Assembly: GCA_001687465.1 (NCBI GenBank)
Contig: LVLI01000643.1
Span: 62,001 to 105,800 of the forward strand
Reading direction: 5' to 3'
DNA length: 43,800 bases
Source: Halocafeteria seosinensis
Lineage: Eukaryota
Shown: in pieces, positions 1-11,481 of the stretch
Position numbering within the stretch: position 1 is the first letter of the stretch
Layout: each line of letters begins with the position of its first letter
Notes under the pieces: model-generated
The model's input: only the letters and a program-made list of their open reading frames with translations
Databases searched by the model: none
What the model was told of the DNA's origin: nothing
Position numbers and translations under genes: made by a program

Positions 1-1092
1 GCTAGTTCGTTTCGTTTGACAATCTTCAGAGAGTAGCTCCTCAGCGCACTCCTCCATGTCGTCCAATAGAGTTTGTCGGTACATGTGTAAAGAATAAATC
101 ATGTCCTCGATAGCAGTTCCCTTCAAACTCGCAAGCAGTCTGTCGAGATGGTCATAAAACGAGGACACCGAGTCACTGGTCTGCGGGATTTCTTGGAACG
201 TGTTTTGCTCTCTGCTTGTTATGTTACTCTCGACGGGAGTATCCCCTCCACTGCAAGTGGTTGGCTCTGCAGAGGCGCCGCCGTGAGCCGCTGTACTGGC
301 CTGCGGTGATTCGCCAATACTTTGCTCACGACCAGTTTTTGGTTCCGCAGAAGGGTCCTGGTTTCCAGATGGCCCTCCCATGCCTGACGGCGGAGATGAT
401 CCACGTGACACTGTGGACTTTCTTAACGCACGTTCTATCTCTACACATTCCTTTAAGAAACTTTCTACTGTTGTTGAGTGAACTGGGCAAAGGAAGTAGT
501 GCCACTGTTTGCCTCGAGCACCATCTTGTTGGAAACGAATAGCACCGGCATCTCCACAATCTGTGGCTTTTTGCAGAAAGCCCTCACGAGGCTTCTGGGT
601 GCCGTCAGAAAAGGATACACCTTCATTACTTTGAGAGTCTCTGGGTACGACAATCTTGAGATGGCTAGCTGTTATGCTTGGGTGTCCAAGCGAACCACTG
701 CTACCTGTTCGTCTTTCTAGAGCGAAGTCTCCTTTCCTTATGCTGCCTATGTCTTTCTTGTCAAATACTTCTTGGACAACTTTGACGTTCTCTTGATCAT
801 CAATACTTATAGCGAACACAAGTGCTCTCATCTTCGCTTCTTTTTTCTTTGCGGGTTTCTCTACCCACCAGAAAGGCTGACGAATAAAAATGAAGGGTCG
901 CTCACACTGCAATAACGGCAAAGACCCGTATCCGATGCCTCTACACTCGATCTCTTCGCTGCATAGAGACGTAGCCAATTGTTTTGCCAAGTCCCTGTTG
1001 GTCATATTTTCCTCTGTCCGCTTTGCCTGCTGTGCTGCTGCAGGAGAAAACTCTCGTCTCTGCTTTTCATTGCTTATGGCTTTCCCATGCAT
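1..1092 (-). CDS. Hypothetical protein, partial (runs off the left edge), at least 364 aa
   Basis: Manual translation gives a stop-free minus frame from ATG at 1092 (MHGKAISNEKQRREF...) to position 1 (...DMEECAEELLSEDCQTKRTS). It is absent from the ORF track, probably because it has no stop in the window. A possible acceptor (ctgtacag) near 1100 suggests upstream exons may exist. No family recognised. Confidence 0.7.
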   Translation of the reverse strand, partial: MHGKAISNEKQRREFSPAAAQQAKRTEENMTNRDLAKQLATSLCSEEIECRGIGYGSLPLLQCERPFIFIRQPFWWVEKPAKKKEAKMRALVFAISIDDQENVKVVQEVFDKKDIGSIRKGDFALERRTGSSGSLGHPSITASHLKIVVPRDSQSNEGVSFSDGTQKPREGFLQKATDCGDAGAIRFQQDGARGKQWHYFLCPVHSTTVESFLKECVEIERALRKSTVSRGSSPPSGMGGPSGNQDPSAEPKTGREQSIGESPQASTAAHGGASAEPTTCSGGDTPVESNITSREQNTFQEIPQTSDSVSSFYDHLDRLLASLKGTAIEDMIYSLHMYRQTLLDDMEECAEELLSEDCQTKRTS

Positions 1093-1678
1093 TGCACTCC
1101 TGTACAGCAATTTTTTGGAATATCATGGATTGTTGCTTGTATGTGTCCGTAGTTGTGTGTTCCCTTGCCGCCATCGTGCGCTTCCTTCCTTTCTTCCTAT
1201 CTTTTCTTTTCCTCTCGCTCCCACAAAGATGGTGAACATATACACTGCACCTTATTTACTGGTTTTTAATCAATTTGTGGCGAGTTATTGTTTTGTTTCA
1301 ATCATTCAGTAACTAAGTGAATGGATGAATCAAGAATTCCCTTTTCTACCAGCAGCACAAACTTTTCTTTTTTTCGAGATCTATTACCGACTACTATACC
1401 CTGTCCATTTACTACCATTTCGTCTGTGTCCTCGATGTATCTAACGAATCGCCGTCCTGGGTCCGGTCTGCACAATGTCTCTACTTCGAATAATTCGTCC
1501 GAGCCTCAGCTTCACAAACACAGGAGGTTCAACTTTCCCTTCAAGATTGGGTCAAATGCTCTACTGTATTGCACCGGCAGCCTTGTAAACTTATGACATC
1601 CACGCTAATAGAAGACAGGTACTTCCGTGAAAGTTTGGGTGAAATTGTGTGTATGGGTAGCAGGTAGTGGGCGAAAAG

Positions 1679-2530
1679 ATGTTCAGTTTTGGTCGCAAGG
1701 AGGATCCCAAAGGTAATGAAATCAGTCTTTCCACCCGGCGATGAGGACCGATGCCCGCCCTTCAGCTGTGAAAAATAATAATTTTAATGCACATTCGCAG
1801 AAGAGTTACGGGACAATCGGAGACAAATTCGACAAGGTCAGCGTGAACTTGACAAGGAGCGAAGTCGGATTCAACGTGAAAAGAAACAATTGGAAAATGA
1901 TATAAAGAGGGCTTCTAAGGAAGGACAAAAGCAGAGCGTGCGGACACTCGCAAAACAGTTAGTTCAATTAAGGAAGCAGGAGGAACGTTTGCTCGGAACA
2001 AGGGCGCAAATGTCCTCCATGGACACACAAATGGTGGTATGTTGCACTCTGAACCAAGTGTTGGTAATCATCACTCAATTCTGAAATTGGTAGCAGTCGG
2101 CGAATGCACAAAACACAATTGGCACAACCCTAGGAAATGTGTCACAAATGCTTAAGCAGCAAAACAACAGCATGCAGCACCAAATCACTGCTAAGAATGC
2201 CCAAGAGTTTGCACGAGTGTCGGAGAGATCGAAGATGACCGAGGAAATGATGGACGACGCACTGGGCGATGCGGTACGTTCAATACTGCGAGTACATTTA
2301 CAATGATACAATTCGACAATATTATGTCTGACTAGTGCCCGCAGTTCGGAGATGACGAAGAAGAAGAGGATGAAGTAGTTTCCCAAGTATTGGGAGAAAT
2401 TGGTATTGAGGCGTCCTCGCAACTACCGAGTGCCGGTACAGCGACCGCGGCGTCGTCCTCAAGCAAAGCGGAAAATGAAGTCTCGGATGCTGATGTGGAT
2501 GCTCTCCTGAAACAGCTAGAGGCTTCTTAG
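1679..2530 (+). CDS. VPS2: ESCRT-III subunit CHMP2/Vps2 (Snf7 family), 4 exons
   Basis: Exons 1679-1712, 1801-2036, 2094/2097-2273, 2345-2530 with GT-AG introns. Spliced protein MFSFGRKEDPKEELRDNRRQIRQGQRELDKERSRIQREKKQLENDIKRASKEGQKQSVRTLAKQLVQLRKQ...MTEEMMDDALGDAFGDDEEEEDEVVSQVLGEIGIE...DVDALLKQLEAS matches the Vps2/CHMP2 pattern, including a C-terminal MIM-like helix. Confidence 0.9.
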
Positions 2531-2822
2531 CGCATAGGGAGTTGTTCCATTAGGTTGTCCAAGAGTCTGCCGAAGGCGTGAGACGGATGTCATGTTGTCA
2601 TCGCTGCCCTTTTTACTATGACAGTTTTCGTGAAGATTCATTATATAGAACCTCCTGTGACGCAGCTAGGAACTACTTAGCATGGTTCGAAATCTCAGTT
2701 GTCGCTCATGCGCTTTGGACGAGGGAGCATTGCTTTGTAGTTTTGTGAATCAATACGAATATAATACCCTCTGTACTGACTCGTACCACTGCGTACATGT
2801 CCCGCCTTAAGTTTTGGACGTG

Positions 2823-3918
2823 TCAGCTTGCAACCATATCGTAAGGTAGGGCAGATGTTATTGCCACTTTAAGTTGGTCTATACCCCATTCTTCCTTTGA
2901 GGAGACCATATTTATGACTGGAAACACGGATCTTCGCTGCTGCAAGTTACTCCGGATCATCTCGACCAGTGTGTGTTGCCCTGCTGAAGTCGACAATGTA
3001 TCTGCCTTGGTAAGCACAATCTGATAAGGCGCGGACACCTCGTCAAGCATGTCCATTAGCTCTTCTGCAACAATCGAAGTGTTAGCTTAAAGAGTGGGTC
3101 AATCATTCTAATTGCGTAGACTTACCATCCAATTGAGTAAATCCTCGTCGTGAATCAACTAGCAATAAGACGCGGCGGAGTATCCGAGGGTATAAACCTT
3201 GTGAGTCTTGAGCGCTTGGGGGTGGATTTCCAGATCGTTCGAAAATGTAGCCAGAGATCAGCTGCATCCACGCATCTTTTACTGTTTGAGGCAAACTCGA
3301 CGCATGGCCATACCCTGGTAGATCTACAAGCACCAAGCGAGACTGGTTCACTCGGAAGAAGTTTAACTGCAGTCAGGCATCTACGGAATAACACTGCATT
3401 GCAACCAGAGACGCTTAGAACTGAAATGGACGTACAGTTCGAGTTCTTCCCGGGTTTTTGGATGTAGGGCATAGTTCATGCTTGTTCAATAGTGTGTTGA
3501 TAAGGGTACTTTTACCGCAGTTTGACCGTCCGACGATGGCCACTTCTGTACGGCTAGATTCAGCTCTTCCGGGGACCAATTGATCATTCTGCGTCCCGAG
3601 GTACTCAGAGCGGTTGTTTTTCGGAAACAACTGCCGTGCTTTCCGTTGATACACGTCCGAGGGGCGTAGAAAGGCCGTCTCATTCTTAGTGTCCAACGCG
3701 AAAACGCATTTAGGTTCTGGTTTCGATGGGCGACGGGTTTGAGGCGGTGTAGGTGGAACTCGTCCCACGCGGTGATGTTTGGTTCCAAATTCACGTCGCA
3801 TGCCGTCCGGAAACAGCGCCGTGACCGAGGGGAATGACCAAGATTGCCTTCGCCATGGCATCGCCAGTGTATGATGCCGAGATACATGCATCATGATGCA
3901 GTTTTGCCAAGGTTGCAT
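2823..3918 (-). CDS. engB: EngB/YihA/YsxC family GTPase (GTPBP8-like) with N-terminal organelle-targeting-like extension, 3 exons
   Basis: G1 [18 protein letters not shown]2 [11 protein letters not shown]3 [18 protein letters not shown]4 VLTKAD. Introns 3435-3367 and 3125-3065. The start codon is uncertain; the first in-frame ATG is at 3918. Confidence 0.9.
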
Positions 3919-4194
3919 GTGATGTGGCTGATTCCAGAGAGGGTTCACTGCCACGGATACCACTCAAACTGAATTGCTTCCATTTCAATGTCGCTTATAT
4001 GCTTCCACTTGTGTCCTTCTATTCAGACCCCATAATTCCCAATGACAGGTATATTATAGTGCATCGTGGACACTCCTCCAGTTTGTGAAGGTCTGCACCG
4101 GCGTCATTATAGAGCAAAGTAGACGTTCCTTGTTGACATGTCTTGTAGTTTCTCTTTCATGTACGCTCATTCTTAATTTTGTGTGGTGGGTAGG

Positions 4195-5844
4195 ATGAGA
4201 CGTGCGTTCAGTACGGCCAGCAATAAACCGTCTACCCATGACGGCCAAGGGTGGTTCAGAGCCTTGAAGTCATGGCTTTTCCCAGGTAATACGAGGGCAT
4301 CCAGAGCGACCCAGAAGTTAGAGGAAGCCAAGTCCAAGCTCAAGTCTACGGGTCCCTCGCAGCAAATGGTCCAGAGCATTGACGAGACGGTCAACTTACC
4401 GAGTGATGTGCTCTTACGCACGAAATCCGTGAAACAACTTCGGGAGCTAGCAAACGCGGCGTTCAATGGATCAGGTGTGCAGGAAGCTGATAAGAAGCGA
4501 GCTATTGGGTTGTGGGCTGCAGCAGCGATGAAGGGAGACCCAGCCAGCGCTCTGCAACTGGCTGTGTGTTACATGAGAGGGGAGGGAGTCGAGAGAGTAT
4601 GTGACATGCACTGTAGTTTCAGCAATGTAGTATGACACTCACTGGCGGTTGCTTTGCTTCAGGACGAGGATAAAGCGGTTGAAATCTTAGAGGACATTGT
4701 GGAGAATGTCAAATTACCTTGGGCTTCGTTCGCGTTAGCAAACATTTACACTGAGGTACGTACTTTCTTCCACAATACCATAGAGCTTTCGCAGCATTTG
4801 TACCTGTCCTTGCTCGTTCCTCAGCGCCACCAGAAGCTGGAAACAGAGGAGGATAGAAGCAAAATGGAAAGATGTTTTCAGCTTTATAAGGATGCTGCAA
4901 TAGCCGGCATTGCACCTGCATATCTTAATGTCTACAATTTTTTAACAGTAAGCGTGTGCACTGTCAAAGCAACCCGGTATGTTCACAGCTCACTTTATGC
5001 TTATGACTGGCAGATGGGAATTGGCTGTGAAAGGAATGACACAGAAGCTTTGAATTGGTTGCGTGACGCTGCGCAGCAACAGGATCCAATGGCCATGTAC
5101 TACATGGCTGCACGATATTCCCAGGGGGCAGGTGTAGAACGGGATGATGAAAAGGCATTTGAGTTGTTCAAAAGGGCAGCATCAAAGGGGATTGTAAATG
5201 CTGCCCACAATGTGGGTGCGGCTTTAATGGAAGGAAAAGGATGTCGTGTAAACTATGAGGCAGCAAGCAAATGGTTTGACCAAGCTATCGATAAGAGTCA
5301 TGTGCCATCAATGCTCAATCAGGGTCTCATGTGTGAACGTGGGCTGGGTACTGAACAGGATCTCGATAAAGCACTTGCTTGGTACCTCACCGCTGCTGCG
5401 GTTGTAGGGAAGCAAAGAGGTTCTGATAGCATTCCTGGGTTCATACAGGACAAAGCAGAAGAAATCAAGAAGATGCGCGGGGATCCAGAGCGAGCAGCAG
5501 CAATCCGCGGTCAATTTCCTGAAGTAAACTCGCAGTCTGAAAATTCGTTTCAAGACGGCGCTGATAGATCTGATGGTTCACAAGCAGGACAGGCGTCTTT
5601 GAACTTCACCACGGGTCTCCCTAAAGAGACTGATGAGAATCCTACAGATATAACAGCTATCGCGAACGATCAAGAAGCTGCTAAACAATTTATACAAGAG
5701 GCGAACGAGACTGATATGACTCCCGATTCGTTAGACAAACTATTACGAAAGCATATCTGTCGAGGCAACGTGCGGCTGAAGTCTACACCAAGTAGTACCA
5801 CAGCTGGGAAACCCCACAAAAATACGGATGATTCAAAATCGTAG
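4195..5844 (+). CDS. Sel1-like repeat protein (about 7 repeats) with putative mitochondrial presequence, 4 exons
   Basis: Exons 4195-4596, 4663-4755, 4825-4947, 5014-5844. Repeats such as LAVCYMRGEGVERDEDKAVEIL, MAARYSQGAGVERDDEKAFELFKRAASKG and QGLMCERGLGTEQDLDKALAWYLTAA. The N-terminus MRRAFSTAS... is Arg/Ser-rich. Confidence 0.88.
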
Positions 5845-6259
5845 ATTGATTCGCCAAACATCCGATCCCCCACCTTGTCGATAGAAATCGTGTGCTGTTT
5901 GAATGTCGTCTTTATTCGAAAAGTGATGCATGAAATTTTGGATGTTTGTGGAAGTGATGTTTGACACGGTGGGTACTCGTCGTACTACATCCACCCTCTT
6001 GTGAGATACACTTGCTGTCTTAAAATACATACGTTATTGAGTGTAGCAAGCCAGTCTCATCGCAACGATTGTTTCCAGCGTGCCACCACTTGTTAGGGGA
6101 AGCAAGTTTACTTGCCGTTGTGAATGTCTCGTGCGACCGAACGTTGCGGTTTGCCGTTGTCTACAGAAGCACATTATCAGGTGCATTGTCAACAGATAGT
6201 CTCGAACTGTGTACTGTAGGATAAGTGGGGAGATATTTGGCCTTGTGGAGCCAGGAGAA

Positions 6260-8487
6260 ATGGAATCGCAACAGGGAAAGTCTGCACAGCAAGCAGCGAA
6301 GAGTCTCGGGAACGCCAAGAAAGCTATGTCGCAAGGCAAGTTCGGTTTGCAGGAGGCGGATGAGGATGCTACCCGGGCAAAGGAAGAGATGAAACGATGG
6401 AAGGACGATGTTAGTGCTCTGTCGGCTCAAATCGGGAAACAGCTGCAGTTTTGCAACGATTTGAGAAGCAAAGACGAATTGTCTTCGTTAATGGAAGACG
6501 CCCCACAGGATCGCGAGCAAAAGGTACGTTACGGTTTCGGTCTCTTCTGTCGACTTTCCTTTTTTACTACGTCTGTGCTCTCCACTTCCTAAAACCAATA
6601 CAGTTGGTGCAAGAGTTCGAACGGACCACCAAAATGGACGTGCGACGACTGCATGAGCTCTACAGTGAACGGGTTCTTCAACCCAAAAAAATGGGAAGTC
6701 AGAGACAAGCCTCCTCGTACGACAGTGCCCCTTTGGCAAATAAGGAACAGAGTGGTGGGGTCAGTATGGAGTGGGACGAGAAAACGATCAATCTGGAAGA
6801 GCAGTTGGAAACTCGCCACATTTGTTTGGAAAATAGACACCAGACGACAACCACCTCTGGTCACGAAGAGACTGGAAGATCCTCCGGTAATGGGCATCAG
6901 AAGTCGGACAGAAAGAAAACGAAACATGAAGAGCATGAGCAGAAAATGTACGATATTTCCGAAGCGATCTCGATTCTCCAACTGAAAGACGACTACATTA
7001 CATCACTGTGCGAATTCGTTCTTGAGAGAAAAAAAGCGATAGATGATATGGCGTAAGTCCCTAAATCAGTCCTAAAATACCTGCTACATATGCTGCTTTA
7101 TATGCTATATGACTTTCGTCGAGTTGCAGTGGGGAGTCCCGTCAAACATCTGGAGATACTGGTAGTCAGTTAGACCCGCATTGCTCCAAGGGCACACAAA
7201 AGTAAGCCTCCCATGGAATATCTGAGGAACAAGTAACAGTTGCTAAACAGTACGGCATCATGGGATACAAAAATATTTTTTCAGACTTGCTGCAGTGATT
7301 TTGGCCTTCCAAGAGATGGAAGGATTAATTCGTCGTGTTCGTTTGTTTGAAGAGGGTATGTCAGACGCAGATGCGATGGCTCGACTTGAGGACGAAAACT
7401 CATCCCTTTCAAACGAAGTGAACTCTCTGAAGGACAAGGTATTTCCATTCTGCACTCCATTTTCTAGGCATTCTGCCCTGAGTCCAGTCGTCATGTTATG
7501 ACGTGCAGATTGAAGACATGGAGTATCGATTGACTCTCGTTTTCGAAGAGCAGAGAAATTCCTCGAAAGGGAAGCTCATGTCTCAGAACACCCTTTCGAA
7601 ATTAGATGAAGCTCACACTAGGAATCGTGAACTGGAGAATCAACTTAGGGATGTCACAAGTGAGAGGAGTCAGCTCCTTTCAAAAAATGGTACGTACCTA
7701 CCTCTTGTCGGTAAGAAGTGCACGGTTTCAATACAATTTCGTTGGGACGTTGGTGGCCGCAGGTGCGTTGCGAGAACAGAATTCAGCGTTACAAGAGAAA
7801 CTGGAATCATTGGAAGAGGAGTTAGGAACTAAAACAAACTGGTACGAACCGAAAATTGAGCAAGTAAGTGCAAAGTACAAAGTCAATTGAATGCTGAGCT
7901 TGTTTGGATCGTTACGTCTACTTGGCACCTGTAGTTGGAAAAAAACGTTAAGTCTTTATCGAGCGGAATGAAGGATTTGCGTATGAGTATCGAGTTGTTG
8001 AGTGAAATGTACCAAGCGGCATGTGATGATGCGGCTTCTAATCGAGTTGCCGTGAAGGAAATAAAGTCCGAACGAAATAAAATGGCGAGAAGGCTTAGAG
8101 AAGAAATCACCAAGGTTAGCTTAGTTGAAAGCGTTAGCACTGTTACTGCTCTGTAGACCGGCGTTGTGTTTACAGGTGTGTGAGTATCAGGATGAGCTAA
8201 AGCGTCAAGAGAATATTCAAATTCGTCTGTACGAAGCCAACAAGAGTCTGAAACAGTCCTATCAGGAAGCAACGAAAGGAGGGAGACGTCAAACAGAGGC
8301 AATAACTGAGCAGTCTGGAACGAACCCAGACTCTGAAAGTGATGATTCGGTCACTTCGTTGAAGGAATATGCTGGCATGATCGTAGAAACGCCTCATCTC
8401 GATGACCAATTACTTATCAGTATGAGAGACAACATAAACACCATACTACTCCAACGAAATAACACCCAGGATACAAATAGCAAATGA
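6260..8487 (+). CDS. Long coiled-coil protein of unknown family, about 8 exons
   Basis: Phase-consistent GT-AG introns at 6524-6603, 7053-7129, 7202-7284, 7439-7508, 7690-7762, 7864-7934 and 8115-8175 join ORF-track pieces into an E/K/L/Q-rich heptad protein ending ...NNTQDTNSK. The start is uncertain (possible acceptor at 6219). Confidence 0.75.
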
Positions 8488-8741
8488 TCTCGCGTCTTGT
8501 GCGTAATTGAGCGATATACAGAACGTGGTGTGGACTCGGCTGAACACGCTGAGTAGGAAGGGGTAAAAGAGGAATTTCTTGTAGAAAGCCTGAGACAACA
8601 AGTCGGAGACTATCCCTTGGGACTACAGTTATCCGGTTCTTGGTGAACGCGTCCATTCTGTGTAGCGAACGTCTCAGCAATAGTTCAGACAATAGAGAAA
8701 ACGGAATTGTATTCTTTCATCGTGCTCCATCAAGGAAACTC

Positions 8742-10891
8742 TTAATGGTTTACTGAATTCTCTCCCGCAATCAAAGGCTCTTTCATTGTATCTTCGGATG
8801 CGCCGTTTATGTGCTCCAGTTCGAAATTGGTACTTTGTTCAGCTTCTTTCTCTTGTCGCTCCCGGCGTTTTCGATACCAGAAGACAACACTTTTCACAAC
8901 AACTCTGCACGGAGGAACTAGACCATCTCACGGGACTTTTGGAGGCTAGCTTCACGTTATACATAACTTACACAAAAAGGAATATTTGCGTTGCTGTAGT
9001 AATACCTGACAATGTATGCTCTCCAACGTTATCATGTAGTGCCCAGTCAAGTATGAGTGCGGGTATCCATTCCCAAACATTGAAAACGAGGTACACAATG
9101 GTCACATTTCTAAGGCTCTTTAAGTAGAAGAGCCAATATTCCTGTCGTGACACAATCCTCTCTGTTTTTTCTCCAGTAGCGGAATGGGTACAGCAAAACG
9201 TATTCAACTCCTGCACGTCCAAATACTTATTTCCACCCTGTGCGGATTTCCACAAAACACTGCTGGTATCTTACCTCTACCATAAAGACAGCTGTGAGAG
9301 GTAGATATTGCATCATTACCACAAACTGGTTGCCAACAACGTTCTCCCAAGATACTTGTTTTGGATACATCAAGTGTTTGTAAGACGTTACAGCAACTGC
9401 TACGATCCCGATGTATATAGCGACGAGTATACCCATTCCCATGACCCTGTCTTTCAGGAAAAATGTTTCCTGGTGCACTTGCGGCAACTCTTTCATATCG
9501 CTGTTGGCATAGTCCTCTTCGTCTTTGAGCGTCACTTGAAAGTCGCTGCTTTCATCCTCCATGTAGAATTCGTGGTCACCAACGTTCTTCTGGAGAGTCC
9601 ATTTTGTTATTTTGGAGGGGACAAACGTAAGGAAATGTAGACCAGGTAAATCCTCCGGTTCCGAGAAATATCCACTCTTCTTGATGGAGGAAGCAGTATT
9701 CCGCTTAGCAGTGACTAGATCCACTGTATAAAGTACACCTGCTGGTTTCAGCACTCGCCCAATTTCGTGGAACAGCTGCAGCTGCTTCCGCTTCCTTTCT
9801 TTCGCTCTGTTCGAAGTCAGTGGGGAAAAAATATATTACCAAGCGTATGTGGTGTCATTTAGCATACGTGACTTACTTCATGCTTCTTTGGTTGAACACA
9901 TGTAGTTTATCAGAGAAAGGCCAAATGACGGCATCGACGGAATCAGACCGCAAGGGAAGGGAGGTAAACGACGTTTGCTTGATATTTAGAACCGGCCAAC
10001 ATCTGTCTCCTACGTCACTGGTTAGGTTGTTTGATGAAAGCCAATCATGTCGAGACCTTGCAGCATTCTCGATAATCCAATCTGCCTGTTCTGGAAGGAT
10101 CTTTGTCGCCCAGCAATCTACCGCGGTCACTGTTCCAGCTGGTTCTTGATGGGTCGGGTGTGACGCGTTTTTCAGGGCTTCATTGGCCATTTGACGCATA
10201 ACGGCATCGGAGTACATCCCACGCAACGCAGGGAAAACAAGGACATGCTTCTGATCCTTTACCTCTGGTAGCGCTTGAATCAGTGTATGCCGCGTCCGAC
10301 TTCTCATGGAATTGAATATCAAAATCAACATAATCATGTAGCACATGAAGAGTCCCCAGAAGGGAAAGCCAAAGAGCACTGCAATCTCAACCTAGTACTG
10401 GACCCATCGAAAGATTCTGTGTGGCAGTAAGAAGCGACGTACTCTGAGCTTGGACTTGACAGGCCACTTCCTTGCTATCCACGTGGTACGACAAGTAAAA
10501 GACCACAATTTTCGGTAAGCTAAATGCCATTCCCAGTTCTGTGTGGACGGACGCAATAGTCATACACCCTTCTATCCAACGGGAGCCAATGACCTCCACA
10601 CGCACCTGAGAGGTATTGAACAGGCTTCCCGGCGCCGATCCCAAAATCCGGTTTGGCATTCCACTGGCCTCGTTCGGGCCGATCGCGGTTCCTGCACAAT
10701 AACCCAAGCCATACACAAGGAGTTCGCCTCCGGTCAAGGGAGAGGAAACAGACGTACATTTTCCAATAGATATACGCGAACGCCAGCATGGCATACACGG
10801 CGACGCCGATGTCGATGAAAATATTCAAAGAACCGGATCCTGAGATGTCCTTACGATGCTTGGTAAGGCACAACCGCGCTGTGTGCGTCAT
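8742..10891 (-). CDS. Multi-pass membrane protein with a central class I SAM-dependent methyltransferase-like domain, 7 exons
   Basis: Exons 10891-10758, 10691-10606, 10538-10443, 10378-9877, 9806-9275, 9210-8972, 8904-8742. Methyltransferase-fold motifs VTAVDCW, LPLRSDSVDAVI and LFHEIGRVLKPAGVLYTVD. Hydrophobic segments lie on both sides, and KPDFGIGAG is near the N-terminus. The start is uncertain because the ATG overlaps a possible donor. Confidence 0.75.
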
Positions 10892-11481
10892 ACCTTAACA
10901 CACAGAGAGCTCTCGAGGAAAAGACAAGGGGTAAAGAACGACGGGCGAGGCGTCCGTCAACACAAGCATTAGTTGCGACAAACCTGGAGCGTATACCGTG
11001 ACTACCGTATTCAAGCCCGCCGGATCCCGAGGATGCGACAATGGAAGATTCCAGGACAAAAAACGGTAACCCCAGAGTAAAGTCCCCCACGTACCCAGGG
11101 ATGCTCTGTCAGGTTCGTACGGTAAGTGGTGGCTTGCCTATAGTCAATTTACGGGCAACTCATGCGCGTTTTGTTGACAACTGGACACCCGGACACGAAG
11201 AGAATCAAAGAATGCATTCTGAAGTAAAGCGGGAGAAGAAGCACCCACCACTTCCTTCTGCGGATTATGTATTGGGTAGAGTTGTATATTAACTTGATAA
11301 GACTTGAACGTCTTCAGGAGTGAGTTTCTCACGTCCTATCATATGTGTGTGGATGGTAAGGTGACTTATTGACGTATCGATACTGCCGTATTACCACCAT
11401 TTTTTATTCTTGGGGCAAGCACAATTATGTTAAACGAAAAGGAAACAAATGCTCAGCGGTGGCGGTTGCACGCACAGACAA

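Noticed and set aside
2684..2694. GGTTCGAAATC resembling a tRNA T-loop / B box
   Set aside because: The spacing is off from GGTTCGAATCC and I could not fold an acceptor, D or anticodon stem around it.
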